This document shows, one piece after another, positions 1 to 9,845 of a stretch of DNA of 64,000 nt. Every line of letters begins with the position of its first letter. Position 1 is the first letter of the stretch. The position numbers and the translations under genes were made by a program. Under the pieces are notes generated by a model, which did not search any database, was not told the origin of the DNA, and saw only the letters and a program-made list of their open reading frames with translations. Source of the DNA: Opitutia bacterium (GTDB lineage: Bacteria; Verrucomicrobiota; Verrucomicrobiia; Opitutales; T3Sed10-336); the NCBI GenBank assembly GCA_050506795.1, contig JBJHCF010000024.1:1-64000 (forward strand). Direction: 5' to 3'.

Positions 1-1
1 T

Positions 2-544
2 TACGGAACGTTGTGGGCGGAGCGTTTCAAGAGTGTGTTGGTATCGCCGGATCGCGGGGCGCTCCTGGCGGTGTCGTGTTACATCGACCTGAACGCGGTG
101 CGTGCGGGGCTATGCACGGACCCGAAGGACTACCGCTGGTGCGGTTACGCGGAGGCGTGCGGTGGGGGCCTGCCCTCGCGTGCGGGGTTGCAGCGGATGC
201 TGGAGTTGGAGGATTGGCGTGAGTGCCAGAAGGCGTACCGGGTGCACCTGTTTGGGCGTGCGAACGCGGCGTTGATGGGCGAAGGGCAGGGGGTGCCCAT
301 GAGTGTGGTGGCGCGGGTGAAGGGGCGGGAAGGGGAATTGAGCCTGCCTGAGGTGTTGCGTTGCCGGGTGCGTTATTTCACGGCCGGGGCGGCGATCGGG
401 ACGCGAGAGTTCGTGGAGGAGGTGTTGCGCCAGAACGCGGGGATGTTCGGAAAGAAGCGCAAGAGCGGCGCGGTGCGAATGCGGGGGAAGGGGTTGGGGG
501 AGTTTTACAGTTTGAGGAATTTGCAGAAGAGCGTGTTCGACTGA
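2..544 (+). mobile_element. Y1 (IS200/RAYT-like) HUH tyrosine transposase, 3' part; 5' end lies outside the window
   Basis: Frame is open from base 2: YGTLWAERFKSVLV...CYIDLNAVRAGLCTDPKDYRWCGY, matching the GxLWxxRF / YIxxNPVRAG / PxxYxWS motifs of Y1/RAYT transposases. The + strand is strongly G-rich compared with neighbouring genes. Confidence 0.8.
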
Positions 545-733
545 CGCCCCCCGCACATTGCCGCGATTACTTGGTGGTGGTTCGAGGCGATTTGATTGGA
601 ACGATCCCGTTTCCGATTTCAAATTTGTCTTGGAACATGCTGAATATCAGGGCCTGCAGTGGTTTTTCCAGGCGCCGTACGAGGAGGGCCGCGAAATTGC
701 GTGGATCGTGAAAAAAGGACTAACGACAAAGGC

Positions 734-762
734 TTGACAGGGCTGGCGGTAATCCAAACGAT
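734..762 (+). promoter_or_regulatory. Putative sigma70 promoter of the rpmH operon
   Basis: Perfect TTGACA (734-739), 17-nt spacer, weak -10 AACGAT (757-762); GGAG RBS at 791-794 before the rpmH ATG. Confidence 0.45.
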
Positions 763-805
763 CTATTTTTTGCTCTGGTTCCAACCTTCTGGAGAATGAT
801 TTGAT

Positions 806-940
806 ATGCAACCGACGTACCGTCCATCCAAACTGAAACGCGCCCGTAAATTCGGATTTCGTGCCCGCATGGCCACACGTGCCGGGCGCAAGATCCTGTC
901 CGCCCGTCGCCGCAAGGGGCGCAAGCGTCTGGCAGCCTAA
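806..940 (+). CDS. rpmH: 50S ribosomal protein L34 (too short for the ORF track)
   Basis: Hand translation gives [44 protein letters not shown]; it lies upstream of rnpA-yidD-yidC. Confidence 0.97.
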   Translation: MQPTYRPSKLKRARKFGFRARMATRAGRKILSARRRKGRKRLAA

Positions 941-968
941 TTCCGGTCCGGTCGATGACCAGCATCCG

Positions 969-1343
969 ATGCGCTTTTCTCCCGCCCAGCGATTACGCAA
1001 GGCATCCGAGTTTCAGCGTGTTCGGACTGAGGGCCAGTGTGTTAACTGCGGCCCGTTCCTCGCCTACTACCGGTTTTCGCCGGATACGGAACCCGGGTCG
1101 GGCAATTTGCCCCGGATCGGGGTGGTAGCGTCCCGCCGGGTGGGAAACGCGGTGGTGCGCAATCGGGTGAAGCGACGTTTTCGCGAGATTTTCCGTAAAC
1201 ACCAGAATGCTCTGCCAAGGGATTGCTGGATTGTTGTTATTGCACGACGCTCGTCTGTGGATCGCCGTTTTTCCGAACTGGAGGGCCGGTTTCTAAAGTT
1301 TTGCACGCGGATTTCCGCCTCCGATCATGCAAGCGCCCATTAA
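969..1343 (+). CDS. rnpA: Ribonuclease P protein component
   Basis: RLRKASEFQRV and the RNR motif GNAVVRNRVKRRFRE; start moved to ATG 969; synteny. Confidence 0.95.
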   Translation: MRFSPAQRLRKASEFQRVRTEGQCVNCGPFLAYYRFSPDTEPGSGNLPRIGVVASRRVGNAVVRNRVKRRFREIFRKHQNALPRDCWIVVIARRSSVDRRFSELEGRFLKFCTRISASDHASAH

Positions 1344-1722
1344 ATCCTGGCTGAGTCGTATCCTTCGTATTCCGTTGTGTGTGGCGCTTGCGGGCATCGC
1401 CGTCTATCAGACGATTTTCTCTCCGTTGAAATTTTTCTTTTTTGGAGAGGCGGGATCCTGTCGTTTTTATCCCACCTGTTCGTCGTACGCCCGTGAAAGC
1501 CTGCAACGTTATGGTTTGTTGATCGGGGCAGGGTTGGCGGTGTGGCGTTTACTGAAATGTCACCCTTTTCATCCCGGCGGCCTGGATCCGGTACCGGAGA
1601 CCTTGAGCAGGTGTCGATGCAGTTGCCGGAAGGATGGGTTGGCAACGAAGTTGCAAACACCTCAGGCCGGTAACGGCCGGAGTTCAATAACCCCGGACAG
1701 ACCCTTTTTGAAGCATGGATAA
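1327..1722 (+). CDS. yidD: Membrane protein insertion efficiency factor YidD
   Basis: CRFYPTCSSYA...RLLKCHPFHPGGLDPVP; between rnpA and yidC. Confidence 0.95.
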   Translation: MQAPIKSWLSRILRIPLCVALAGIAVYQTIFSPLKFFFFGEAGSCRFYPTCSSYARESLQRYGLLIGAGLAVWRLLKCHPFHPGGLDPVPETLSRCRCSCRKDGLATKLQTPQAGNGRSSITPDRPFLKHG

Positions 1723-3529
1723 AAAGAACACTTTGATCGGTATCACGCTGCTCGTGTTGGCGTTTGTATTGATGTTTACACATCGGCCGCCGATGCCTGA
1801 GGAGCAGCCGTCGCGTGAGGTCATTCCCGAAGCCGCCGACGATCCGGCAACGGACGAGACCCGTCTCGACGAGGTTCCGGGCGAGCCACCTCCCCCTGCG
1901 GCCCGGCGTCCGGAAGCGGAAACCCGTGCGGCGGCCCGTGAGGAGTACCCTGAGGACGAAGAACGGGTTATTTTGGAGAACGAATACATGTCAGTCGTTT
2001 TCACCAATTACGGTGGCGCGATCCGCGAGATAGTGTATTCCCAGTTCGCTCGGAGCAAAGGCTCGGACGAGCGTTATGTGTTTAATCGGGAAAGCTTCGC
2101 GCCGGCGTTGAGTATGACCGGATTCGAAGGCGCTGGCCAGAACGCGGTTTATCGCTTGGCAGAGCGTACCGCCGACCGGGTCGTTTATGTGCTTGAGCTG
2201 GACAACGGACTGGAGATCCGACGGACCTACTCCATTCAGCTGAATCCGGAGCCCAGGCGTCCCGATGACTATATGATTCGTCATGAAACCGTTCTGACCA
2301 ACCGGAGTGACGGATCGGTTTCGGTACCTTTTTTCGGTTTGAACCTGGGGACGGCATTGCCCGATGACACCGAGGCACGCGCAGTCGGCCCCCAGTTTAT
2401 GAATTTCGGCTATTTTGACGGCGACAGCGCCCGATTTATTGGAATGAACCGTTTCCGCGGCGGAGGCTTTCTCAGCTGGATTGGGGTGCGATCCAGCCGT
2501 CCCCAGAATATGATCGAAGGCAACGATCCGATTGTTTGGGCTTCGGTCAGCAACCGTTTTTTCAGCACGATCGCCACCCTGGACGATTTCGGGCGGGGAT
2601 ATGTCGCCCGGCCGGTGGAGCTTCCTTTGCGAGAAGGTGAGCGTACGCCAAGGGAAGGCGTTACCGGAAGCGTGCGTTTCAATATTCCCGGATTGGAAGC
2701 CGGCGAAGAGCGGGTGGTGGGTCTCGATTATTATTCCGGGCCCAAAGAGTACCGCCGCCTGCAGCATCTTGATGAACGGCAGGATCTCGTCATGCAGTTC
2801 GGGTTTTTCGGATTCCTAAGCAAATTGCTTCTGGTGATGATGACCGGAATTTACTCGTTTCTGCCGAACTACGGTTTGGCCATCATCTGCACCACGGTCA
2901 TCATTAAGACGTTGCTCTGGCCTCTGACGGCCAAAGCGGCACGCTCGTCCAAGCGCATGATGAAGATCGCCGAGCCGATGAAAGAGTTGCGGGAAAAGTA
3001 CAAGGATAACCCGCAAAAGATGCAGCAGGAGACAATGAAGCTGTTTCGTCAGTACAAGGTCAATCCGCTTGGGGGCTGTCTTCCGATTCTTGTCCAGCTG
3101 CCGATTTTCTTCGCGCTTTTCCGCATGTTACAGAGCGCCTCCGAGCTTAGATTTGAGGGCTTCCTCTGGGTAGGCGATTTGTCCACTGCGGATACGGTGG
3201 GGCATATTCTCGGGTTTCCCATCAATATCATGCCGGTACTCATGGGACTGACCATGTTCCTGCAGATGAAGATGATGCCGACTGCTACCGCGAATCCCAT
3301 GCAGCAGAAGATCTTCATGTTCATGCCGCCGCTGATCACGGTGATGCTTTACCAGTTCTCGGCAGGATTGACACTGTACTGGACGGTCAACAACCTCTTA
3401 ACCATACTTCAGCAATTCCTCATCAATCGCCAGAAAGACGAAATTGATCTGGCTCCGGTGCCGACTGTTGAGGAGAACTCGGGCGCCAAACCGAAACGAA
3501 AAAAACCGAAGGGCAAACGCAGGAGATAA
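1715..3529 (+). CDS. yidC: Membrane protein insertase YidC
   Basis: N-terminal TM, periplasmic domain, YSGPK, NYGLAII, VNPLGGCLPILVQLPIF, GLTLYWTVNN. Confidence 0.97.
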   Translation: MDKKNTLIGITLLVLAFVLMFTHRPPMPEEQPSREVIPEAADDPATDETRLDEVPGEPPPPAARRPEAETRAAAREEYPEDEERVILENEYMSVVFTNYGGAIREIVYSQFARSKGSDERYVFNRESFAPALSMTGFEGAGQNAVYRLAERTADRVVYVLELDNGLEIRRTYSIQLNPEPRRPDDYMIRHETVLTNRSDGSVSVPFFGLNLGTALPDDTEARAVGPQFMNFGYFDGDSARFIGMNRFRGGGFLSWIGVRSSRPQNMIEGNDPIVWASVSNRFFSTIATLDDFGRGYVARPVELPLREGERTPREGVTGSVRFNIPGLEAGEERVVGLDYYSGPKEYRRLQHLDERQDLVMQFGFFGFLSKLLLVMMTGIYSFLPNYGLAIICTTVIIKTLLWPLTAKAARSSKRMMKIAEPMKELREKYKDNPQKMQQETMKLFRQYKVNPLGGCLPILVQLPIFFALFRMLQSASELRFEGFLWVGDLSTADTVGHILGFPINIMPVLMGLTMFLQMKMMPTATANPMQQKIFMFMPPLITVMLYQFSAGLTLYWTVNNLLTILQQFLINRQKDEIDLAPVPTVEENSGAKPKRKKPKGKRRR

Positions 3530-3532
3530 ACC

Positions 3533-4282
3533 ATGGCCGGACATAGTAAATGGGCGACCACCAAGCGGCACAAAGCCGCAGTCGATGCCAAGCGGGGGAA
3601 GATCTTCAGTCGCATCAGCAAAGAGCTGACTCTGGCGGCGCGGGAAGGAGGCGGTGATTCTGCGATGAATCCTCGCCTTCGCACGGTATTGTTGAAAGCC
3701 CGCGGCGCCAACATGCCGGCGGACAACATTGATCGGGCGATAAAAAAGGGCACGGGAGAACTTCCAGGCGCGGTTTACGAGGAGTTGATTTATGAAGGGT
3801 ATGGTCCCGGCGGCGTGGCGGTGCTGGTGGAAGTGACCACGGACAACAAAAACCGCAGCGCTTCCGACGTCAGGAGTGTGTTCACGAAGAACCACGGAAA
3901 TCTGGCTGGTCCCGGCGCCCTGGCTTTCCAGTTTCAGCGCATGGGGCAGTTTCTTATTTCAGCTGAGAAAACCACGGAGGAGGAACTGATGGAGTGCGCG
4001 GTCGAGGCCGGCGCCGAAGACATCAAGGTCGCGTCGGATCACTTCGAAGTGCTTTGTCCTATAACCGCTTATTACAGTGTCAGCCAGGCGCTGGAAAAGA
4101 AGGGCATCGAGCCCGATTCGTCTGAACTGGCTTACATCCCCAGTACGCTGGTGCCGGTTTCCGAGCCGGATGTGGTGAAACAGGTTTTGCGGCTGATCGA
4201 TCAACTGGAGGATTGTGAAGATGTGCAGAATGTTTTTGCCAATTACGATATCGACGAGGCGATTCTGGAGAAAGCCGGGTGA
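3533..4282 (+). CDS. yebC: YebC/PmpR family protein
   Basis: MAGHSKW...YEGYGPGGVA...TDNKNR. Confidence 0.95.
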   Translation: MAGHSKWATTKRHKAAVDAKRGKIFSRISKELTLAAREGGGDSAMNPRLRTVLLKARGANMPADNIDRAIKKGTGELPGAVYEELIYEGYGPGGVAVLVEVTTDNKNRSASDVRSVFTKNHGNLAGPGALAFQFQRMGQFLISAEKTTEEELMECAVEAGAEDIKVASDHFEVLCPITAYYSVSQALEKKGIEPDSSELAYIPSTLVPVSEPDVVKQVLRLIDQLEDCEDVQNVFANYDIDEAILEKAG

Positions 4283-4313
4283 GGAGGCTTCGCCCCGATC
4301 CCGCGGCTGTTAG

Positions 4314-5459
4314 ATGAATGACGCTGACGAGAATCCCCTTTTGACCCGTAAAGGCGAAATCGGGCTGGTGCGGTATCAGGATTTCGATTATGACGATTCG
4401 TTTACCTTCGAAGATGGCCAAACCATTCCTGGATTTCGTCTACGATACGAAACCTACGGCCGATTGAATAAAAAGCGCGACAATACGGTTCTCATTTGTC
4501 ATGCGCTCAGCGGGGATCATCACTGTGCCGGGGTTTACAGCATTCGTGATCGCAAGCCCGGCTGGTGGAATAACATGATCGGGCCCGGCAAGCCGATCGA
4601 TACGGAACGGTTTTTTGTGGTGTGTTCAAATTGCCTCGGTGGATGCCAGGGGTCCACCGGACCCGGCTCCATCAATCGAGAAACCGGCAAGCCCTACAAC
4701 CTGAATTTCCCTTTTGTCACCATTGGCGACATGGTGCGCGCCCAGAAGCTTTTGATGGATCACCTGGAGATTCCCGAGCTACATGCCGTGGTTGGGGGCT
4801 CCATGGGGGGAATGCAGGTGTTGCAATGGGCTATCGAGTACCCTTCCTACGTTCGGCGAATTATCCCACTGGCCACGACTTCTCGTCACGGCGCCCAAAG
4901 CATCGCTTTTAATGAAGTCGGCCGGCAGGCGATCATTCAGGATCCTGAGTGGAGGGGAGGCAACTACGATCCGGAGGCGGGGCCCAAGGTAGGACTCGCG
5001 ATCGCGCGCATGATGGCCCACATTACCTACCTCTCGGACAAGGGAATGGAGCGCAAGTTCGGGCGTCGTCGGCGGGATGGAGGCGACATTAACTTCAGCT
5101 TCGACGTCGATTTCGAGGTGGAGCGGTACCTGCGCTATCAGGGGCAGAGTTTCATCAATCGCTTTGATGCGAACACCTACCTTTATTTTACCCGCGCGCT
5201 GGATTACTTCGATCTCCCAGCCACCTACGGTTCACTGGAGGCGGCGTTTCGTGATGTCAGCGCGAGGGCCCTGGTGATCGGGTTTACTTCCGATTGGCTT
5301 TTCCCTCCGGAACAGAACCGGGAAATCGTGCACGCTCTGCTCAGGCAGCGTAAACATGCTACTTACGCGGAAGTGCCAATGGACTTTGGCCATGACTCCT
5401 TTTTGGTCGACGCTCCCAATCTTTATCGCCTGATCATGGCCTTTCTCTGGGAACAATGA
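4314..5459 (+). CDS. metX: Homoserine O-acetyltransferase
   Basis: CHALSGDHH, GGSMGGMQ nucleophile elbow, RFDANTY, D..F, GHDSFL; followed by metW. Confidence 0.93.
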   Translation: MNDADENPLLTRKGEIGLVRYQDFDYDDSFTFEDGQTIPGFRLRYETYGRLNKKRDNTVLICHALSGDHHCAGVYSIRDRKPGWWNNMIGPGKPIDTERFFVVCSNCLGGCQGSTGPGSINRETGKPYNLNFPFVTIGDMVRAQKLLMDHLEIPELHAVVGGSMGGMQVLQWAIEYPSYVRRIIPLATTSRHGAQSIAFNEVGRQAIIQDPEWRGGNYDPEAGPKVGLAIARMMAHITYLSDKGMERKFGRRRRDGGDINFSFDVDFEVERYLRYQGQSFINRFDANTYLYFTRALDYFDLPATYGSLEAAFRDVSARALVIGFTSDWLFPPEQNREIVHALLRQRKHATYAEVPMDFGHDSFLVDAPNLYRLIMAFLWEQ

Positions 5460-6067
5460 GCACCGACAAGACACCGGACAAGCGCACCGTCGACATGCGC
5501 ATTATCAGCGAGTGGATCGAGCCTAACAGCAGCGTGCTCGACCTCGGGTGTGGCCGCGGGGTTTTTCTGGAGTACCTGATAAAAACCAAATCGGTTTTCG
5601 GAGTCGGCGTGGATTGGGATCTGGACAAGGTGGGTTCCTGCATCAAACGCGGCGTACCCGCTTACCAGGGTGATCTGGCGGAACTGATGAAGGCATTTCC
5701 GGACAAGTTTTTCGACCGGGTAGTCTGCTCGCGCACCGTACAGGAACTGATTAACCCTTCCGCGGTATTGCTGGAGGCGTTGCGCCTGGCCGATGCGGTT
5801 ACGGTCGGCTTCCTCAACTACGGTCATTGGCGCAATCGGCTGCATCACCTAACGACCGGCAATCACATTCTGACGGAAATCAACCCGCACGAGTGGTACG
5901 AGGCCCGTCCCACCCATCCCATTTCCATAGCCGAGTTTGAATCCTTCTGCGCCCGTCACAATATCACCGTCACCCGCCGGGTTTACCTTGGCGGCGATTG
6001 GGAAACCCCGACCAAACGCTGGCACAACCTTCTCTGCGGATACGCCATTTTCGAGATGAAGCAGTAG
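5456..6067 (+). CDS. metW: Methionine biosynthesis protein MetW (SAM-dependent methyltransferase fold)
   Basis: VLDLGCGRG; NYGHWRNR; ATGA overlap with metX. Confidence 0.88.
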   Translation: MSTDKTPDKRTVDMRIISEWIEPNSSVLDLGCGRGVFLEYLIKTKSVFGVGVDWDLDKVGSCIKRGVPAYQGDLAELMKAFPDKFFDRVVCSRTVQELINPSAVLLEALRLADAVTVGFLNYGHWRNRLHHLTTGNHILTEINPHEWYEARPTHPISIAEFESFCARHNITVTRRVYLGGDWETPTKRWHNLLCGYAIFEMKQ

Positions 6068-6160
6068 GGATGGGTGGAGTGTTGGAGGGGTGGTGGAGTG
6101 GTGGGCGGTTTCATCCCTCCAATATTCCGTCACTCCACTACTCCAGCACTCCGTCCCTCC
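6068..6160. repeat. Inverted array of degenerate 8-bp units (GGAGTRNT / ANYACTCC) between convergent metW and queD
   Basis: Left arm GGATGGGT GGAGTGTT GGAGGGGT (GGT) GGAGTGGT (6068-6102). Right arm CTCCAATA TTCCGTCA CTCCACTA CTCCAGCA CTCCGTCC CTCC (6117-6160) at an exact 8-nt period. Confidence 0.8.
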
Positions 6161-6588
6161 TCGTACTCCGCCCAGGTGGCCGCGGTCTCGCTCACGCGGA
6201 CCCGGCAAAGCTTCAACTGACGGCTGGAGTGCGGCGGTTGATGCAGGCAGTGTCGCAGTTCCTCGTACAACCGGCGGGCCAGATTTTCGGTGGTGGGTTC
6301 GCAGTTTTCGAAAGGGATGACGGCGTCGCCAAACAGTCGAATAAGGGTGGTGAAGTTGGGATCGGCGCTGTTGACGCAGAGCGCGTGGTCGTAGGCATTT
6401 ACGAGGGGGGCGGCGATATCTCTCAGGGTTTTGAAATCAATCACCATTCCGTTCTCGTTCAATTCATCGGCTTCAAGAATGATTTCGATGGAGCGGGAGT
6501 GCCCGTGAGGCGTCCGGCACTTGCCTGGATGGCGGCTAAGCATGTGCCCGGATTCAACTTCGAAACGACGGCAGATTCGGTACGGCAT
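6130..6588 (-). CDS. queD: 6-carboxytetrahydropterin synthase (QueD/PTPS family)
   Basis: GHML...CRTPHGHS, GMVIDF, DHAL, PTTENLA, VSET. Confidence 0.88.
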   Translation of the reverse strand: MPYRICRRFEVESGHMLSRHPGKCRTPHGHSRSIEIILEADELNENGMVIDFKTLRDIAAPLVNAYDHALCVNSADPNFTTLIRLFGDAVIPFENCEPTTENLARRLYEELRHCLHQPPHSSRQLKLCRVRVSETAATWAEYEEGRSAGVVE

Positions 6589-6785
6589 ATACGGTTGTGC
6601 TGGTGAAAGGAACCAACTCTATCCCGTACCTCCAGGAAGATCCGGTCGTAGGCTGGCAAAGGATGCGCGTGGATTGTCTTTGCGGGATGTATCCGTTTGC
6701 TCAATGCGTCGTTCGAGTCGAATAGGCTCCGATGGTTCGGATTCCCGATGACCGGTGATAGGTGAGGTTTACCAACACAAAACCT

Positions 6786-7706
6786 TTACTTTTCGGGCTC
6801 CGGATAATCCAGGCCCAGGCGAATGGCGTCCGCCATGACGATATACGGCCGGATCTCGGCAACGTCGTGCACCCGCACCATGTGGCAGCCTTTGGCGATG
6901 CCCCAGACGGTGGTGGCGGCGGTGCCTTCCAGCCTGTTTTCCACTGGACGATCCAGGACCAGACCCAGGGTCGATTTGCGCGACGTGCCCAGCAGGACGG
7001 GTAAGCCGAGGGATGTCAGGCGATCGAGGTGTTTGAGCACTTCAAGATTGTGGCATGGCGTTTTCCCAAAACCGAATCCGGGATCGAGCCAGATCTGATG
7101 GGAGGCCACACCCGCTTGCTTTGCCAGAGCGATTCCGACTCGGAGGTCGAGCAAAAGATCGAACCAGAAATCCTCGTATATTGGCTGACGGCGGTTGTGC
7201 ATGAGGATGACGGGACATGCCAGGTCGGCTGCCGCCTGCGCCATGGGAGAAAGCGGGAGGTCGGGTGACGGCGATTCCCGCTCCACCCAGCAGCGCCAGG
7301 CACTGCGTGTTTCCTCATTAAGACCGTAGGTCAATCCCCAGACATCATTGATCAGGTCGGCGCCCTGTTGCACCGCGGTTCGCGCGACGTCGGCCTTGTA
7401 GGTGTCAATAGATAAAGGTGTGTCTGGAAAACGTTTACGCAACAGTTTCAGCAACGGCAGGACCCGATCGAGTTCCTCTGCCGCATCCACCGGTCGGGCT
7501 CCTGGCCGGGTCGATTCCCCGCCGATGTCGAGAATATCGGCGCCTTCCTCGATCATTCGCTCGGCGTGTTCGGCCGCACGTTCCGGGGCCAGGTGCCGCC
7601 CGCCGTCGGAGAAGGAATCGGGAGTGGCATTGAGCACGCCCATAATAAGGGTTTTTTCGCCCGGGACGGGAAGCCGGCGGCCATGTGGACTTTGCCAGTG
7701 TCGCAT
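6786..7706 (-). CDS. folP: Dihydropteroate synthase
   Basis: MGVLNATPDSFSDGG, DIGGESTRPG, SIDTYK, DPGFGFGK, GTSRKS, RVHDV. Confidence 0.96.
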   Translation of the reverse strand: MRHWQSPHGRRLPVPGEKTLIMGVLNATPDSFSDGGRHLAPERAAEHAERMIEEGADILDIGGESTRPGARPVDAAEELDRVLPLLKLLRKRFPDTPLSIDTYKADVARTAVQQGADLINDVWGLTYGLNEETRSAWRCWVERESPSPDLPLSPMAQAAADLACPVILMHNRRQPIYEDFWFDLLLDLRVGIALAKQAGVASHQIWLDPGFGFGKTPCHNLEVLKHLDRLTSLGLPVLLGTSRKSTLGLVLDRPVENRLEGTAATTVWGIAKGCHMVRVHDVAEIRPYIVMADAIRLGLDYPEPEK

Positions 7707-7860
7707 GCGAGGGACCCTACCGGACCCGAGGTCGAGGGGCCAAGAAATTTATCCGGACCTTTGAACCGATTTGAATGGATAATGGAATTCGTGCGGACCC
7801 CGACCTGAGAAGCGCTGGTTTTTCAGGTTCTGTGCGGATTATCCCTCCCGTGGTCGGGGC

Positions 7861-9057
7861 CTAAAACGGTGACCTATCGTCCTCCTCCGGTCGAAATGCA
7901 ATGAGGAATAGGATCAAGGTGGCGACGGACATCGCAGTTGCTACGATGAAAAGCAGAATTAAACCGCTTTGGGCGAGGTGGCCGGAAAGTACACTGCCGG
8001 CAATGCGGGAGCCACCGACCACAATCATGGTGTAAAGGCCTTGAATCGAATTCCGGAATCGGTCGTTGGCCTGGCGGTTGATGTACATTACCGGGGCGAC
8101 GTGGAGCGCGATGATGATAAGACCGTGGAAAATCTGTCCCGCGATCGCGACCGAAACGGTAGGCTGCCAGGCCAGCAGAGCGGTCCGCGCCGCCATACAG
8201 AAGACTCCAATCAGGATGAGGTTGCGCAGACCGACCTTGCGTATGAGGTATCCCAGTCCGAGGATAAAAACGATTTCGATCACCACCCCGATATTGAAGA
8301 TCAGCCCAACCCATTTTCGGTCGATTCCGACCTCTTCAGTCAGGTAGAGGGGATAAAACGCGAAGTAGGCGGACGAGGCGGCATGGACGAAAGTCATGCC
8401 GATGCAGAACACAAGAACATTGCCTTTGAACAGCGAACGCGCGGCTCCAAGAGTGGGCAGGTTCCATGCTTTGGCGTCGGCGTCGGAGTGGCGGCCTTGG
8501 TCGATTCGCGGGTCGGGAATGAACCGGCAGTTGAGAATTCCGAGTATGCTGAACGCGACCCCGATGAACAGAATCACGCTGGTGGTGAAACCGCGTTCAA
8601 CCAGCAGGTAAATGATGGCGCTGGGAACGATGAAGCCAATGGTTCCCCAAACCCTGATCTGGTGGTACGGGGTTAGGAGAAGCCCGTCTTCTTCGAGCTT
8701 TCTCTGAATGGAGAAATTGATCCCGTCCTGGAGTGGAATGACGGCCACAAAGGCCAGGCTGTGCAGACCAAAAAGGAGGATGGTCGGCCAGAACCCCTCC
8801 ACCATGGACAGCAGGATGAGAAACGAGCTGGATAGCAGGTAACATGCCGCGGTTAATCGCCGGGGGTCCATGCGAGTGTCGGCCAGCAACGTTATGGCGA
8901 CAGGGGCGATGAGAACGGCAATGCTGGCGGCCGCGGCCACGTATCCGATCTGGATTTCGGTCAATCCCTGGTCCTCCTTCAGATAGACCGCGAGGAAAGG
9001 CATGATGGCTCCCATGACGGCAAAGGAGAGAAAGAACTGCAGTTTCACCGCCCTCAT
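7861..9057 (-). CDS. MFS transporter (HcaT/NupG-like)
   Basis: About 12 hydrophobic segments and YHQIRVWGTIGF; ATGA overlap with the ABC ATPase. Confidence 0.8.
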   Translation of the reverse strand: MRAVKLQFFLSFAVMGAIMPFLAVYLKEDQGLTEIQIGYVAAAASIAVLIAPVAITLLADTRMDPRRLTAACYLLSSSFLILLSMVEGFWPTILLFGLHSLAFVAVIPLQDGINFSIQRKLEEDGLLLTPYHQIRVWGTIGFIVPSAIIYLLVERGFTTSVILFIGVAFSILGILNCRFIPDPRIDQGRHSDADAKAWNLPTLGAARSLFKGNVLVFCIGMTFVHAASSAYFAFYPLYLTEEVGIDRKWVGLIFNIGVVIEIVFILGLGYLIRKVGLRNLILIGVFCMAARTALLAWQPTVSVAIAGQIFHGLIIIALHVAPVMYINRQANDRFRNSIQGLYTMIVVGGSRIAGSVLSGHLAQSGLILLFIVATAMSVATLILFLIAFRPEEDDRSPF

Positions 9058-9845
9058 ATTCTATCCCAGGGAATCACGGCCGCCTGTTCCCCGTCGACCA
9101 GGCTTCTGGTGGAAACCCCGTAGGCGGTAGCCAGGTTTTCCGGGTTTAGCGCCTCCGCCGTGGTCGGGACGCCTTCCGCCAGAACCTTGCCTTCCTTTAA
9201 CAGTAGCACGCGGTCGCAGAAGCGTGAAGCCAGAGCGAGATTGTGAAGTACCAAAATTACGGATACGCCTGACTCGACCCGATCCCGAAGGAGTTCCATT
9301 AGCTGAAGTTGGTGGTAGGGGTCCAATCCGCTGGAAGGCTCGTCGGCCAGTAGCAGACGGGGTTCGCCCGCGAGAGCACGTGCCAGCAGGGCACGTCTTT
9401 GTTCGCCGCCGGAAAGACGATTGGCCGGCCGGTCGGCCAATCCGGTCACGTCCACTGCGGCCATGGCTTCGGAGACCGCGCGACGGTCAGTGTTTCCGGG
9501 CCGGGCCCATGGCCCGAGGTGGGGAATGCGTCCGAGCGTGACCAGTCGTTCTACCGTCAGCGGCCAGTGGCATACCGGGTTCTGCGGAAGGTAGGCGATC
9601 TCTCGGGCCAGGGTGCGACGACTGGCGTTTTTGGCCGGTGCGCCCCGGAACAGGACTTCGCCGGAGGTGACCGGAAGAAGTCCGGCCAGGGTTTGCAGCA
9701 GGGTCGATTTTCCCGATCCGTTTGCGCCGATGACACCGTAAAGCTCGCCTTCCCTGATTTCGGCACCGACCTCGTCGAGGACTCTCCGGCTTCCGCGGTG
9801 GACGCATAGCCGGCGAATTTCCATCAGAAATTTGCCGGCTGTCAT
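9054..9845 (-). CDS. Cobalamin/iron-chelate ABC transporter ATP-binding subunit
   Basis: Walker A GANGSGKST, LSGGEQRR, LLADEP, LDPYHQ; ATG at 9845 overlaps the permease stop. Confidence 0.9.
   Translation of the reverse strand: MTAGKFLMEIRRLCVHRGSRRVLDEVGAEIREGELYGVIGANGSGKSTLLQTLAGLLPVTSGEVLFRGAPAKNASRRTLAREIAYLPQNPVCHWPLTVERLVTLGRIPHLGPWARPGNTDRRAVSEAMAAVDVTGLADRPANRLSGGEQRRALLARALAGEPRLLLADEPSSGLDPYHQLQLMELLRDRVESGVSVILVLHNLALASRFCDRVLLLKEGKVLAEGVPTTAEALNPENLATAYGVSTRSLVDGEQAAVIPWDRI

Noticed and set aside
545..805. Possible oriC next to rpmH
   Set aside because: No dnaA, no DnaA-box cluster and no clear AT-rich unwinding repeats.
6589..6785. preQ1 or folate riboswitch upstream of queD
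   Set aside because: No preQ1 stem plus A-rich tail or other consensus recognised; only a short AGGTTT/AAACCT hairpin after folP.
7250..7335. ~20-aa insertion in FolP (GLNEETRSAWRCWVERESPSPDLP)
   Set aside because: Probably a lineage-specific surface loop; catalytic motifs are intact and there are no intein features.
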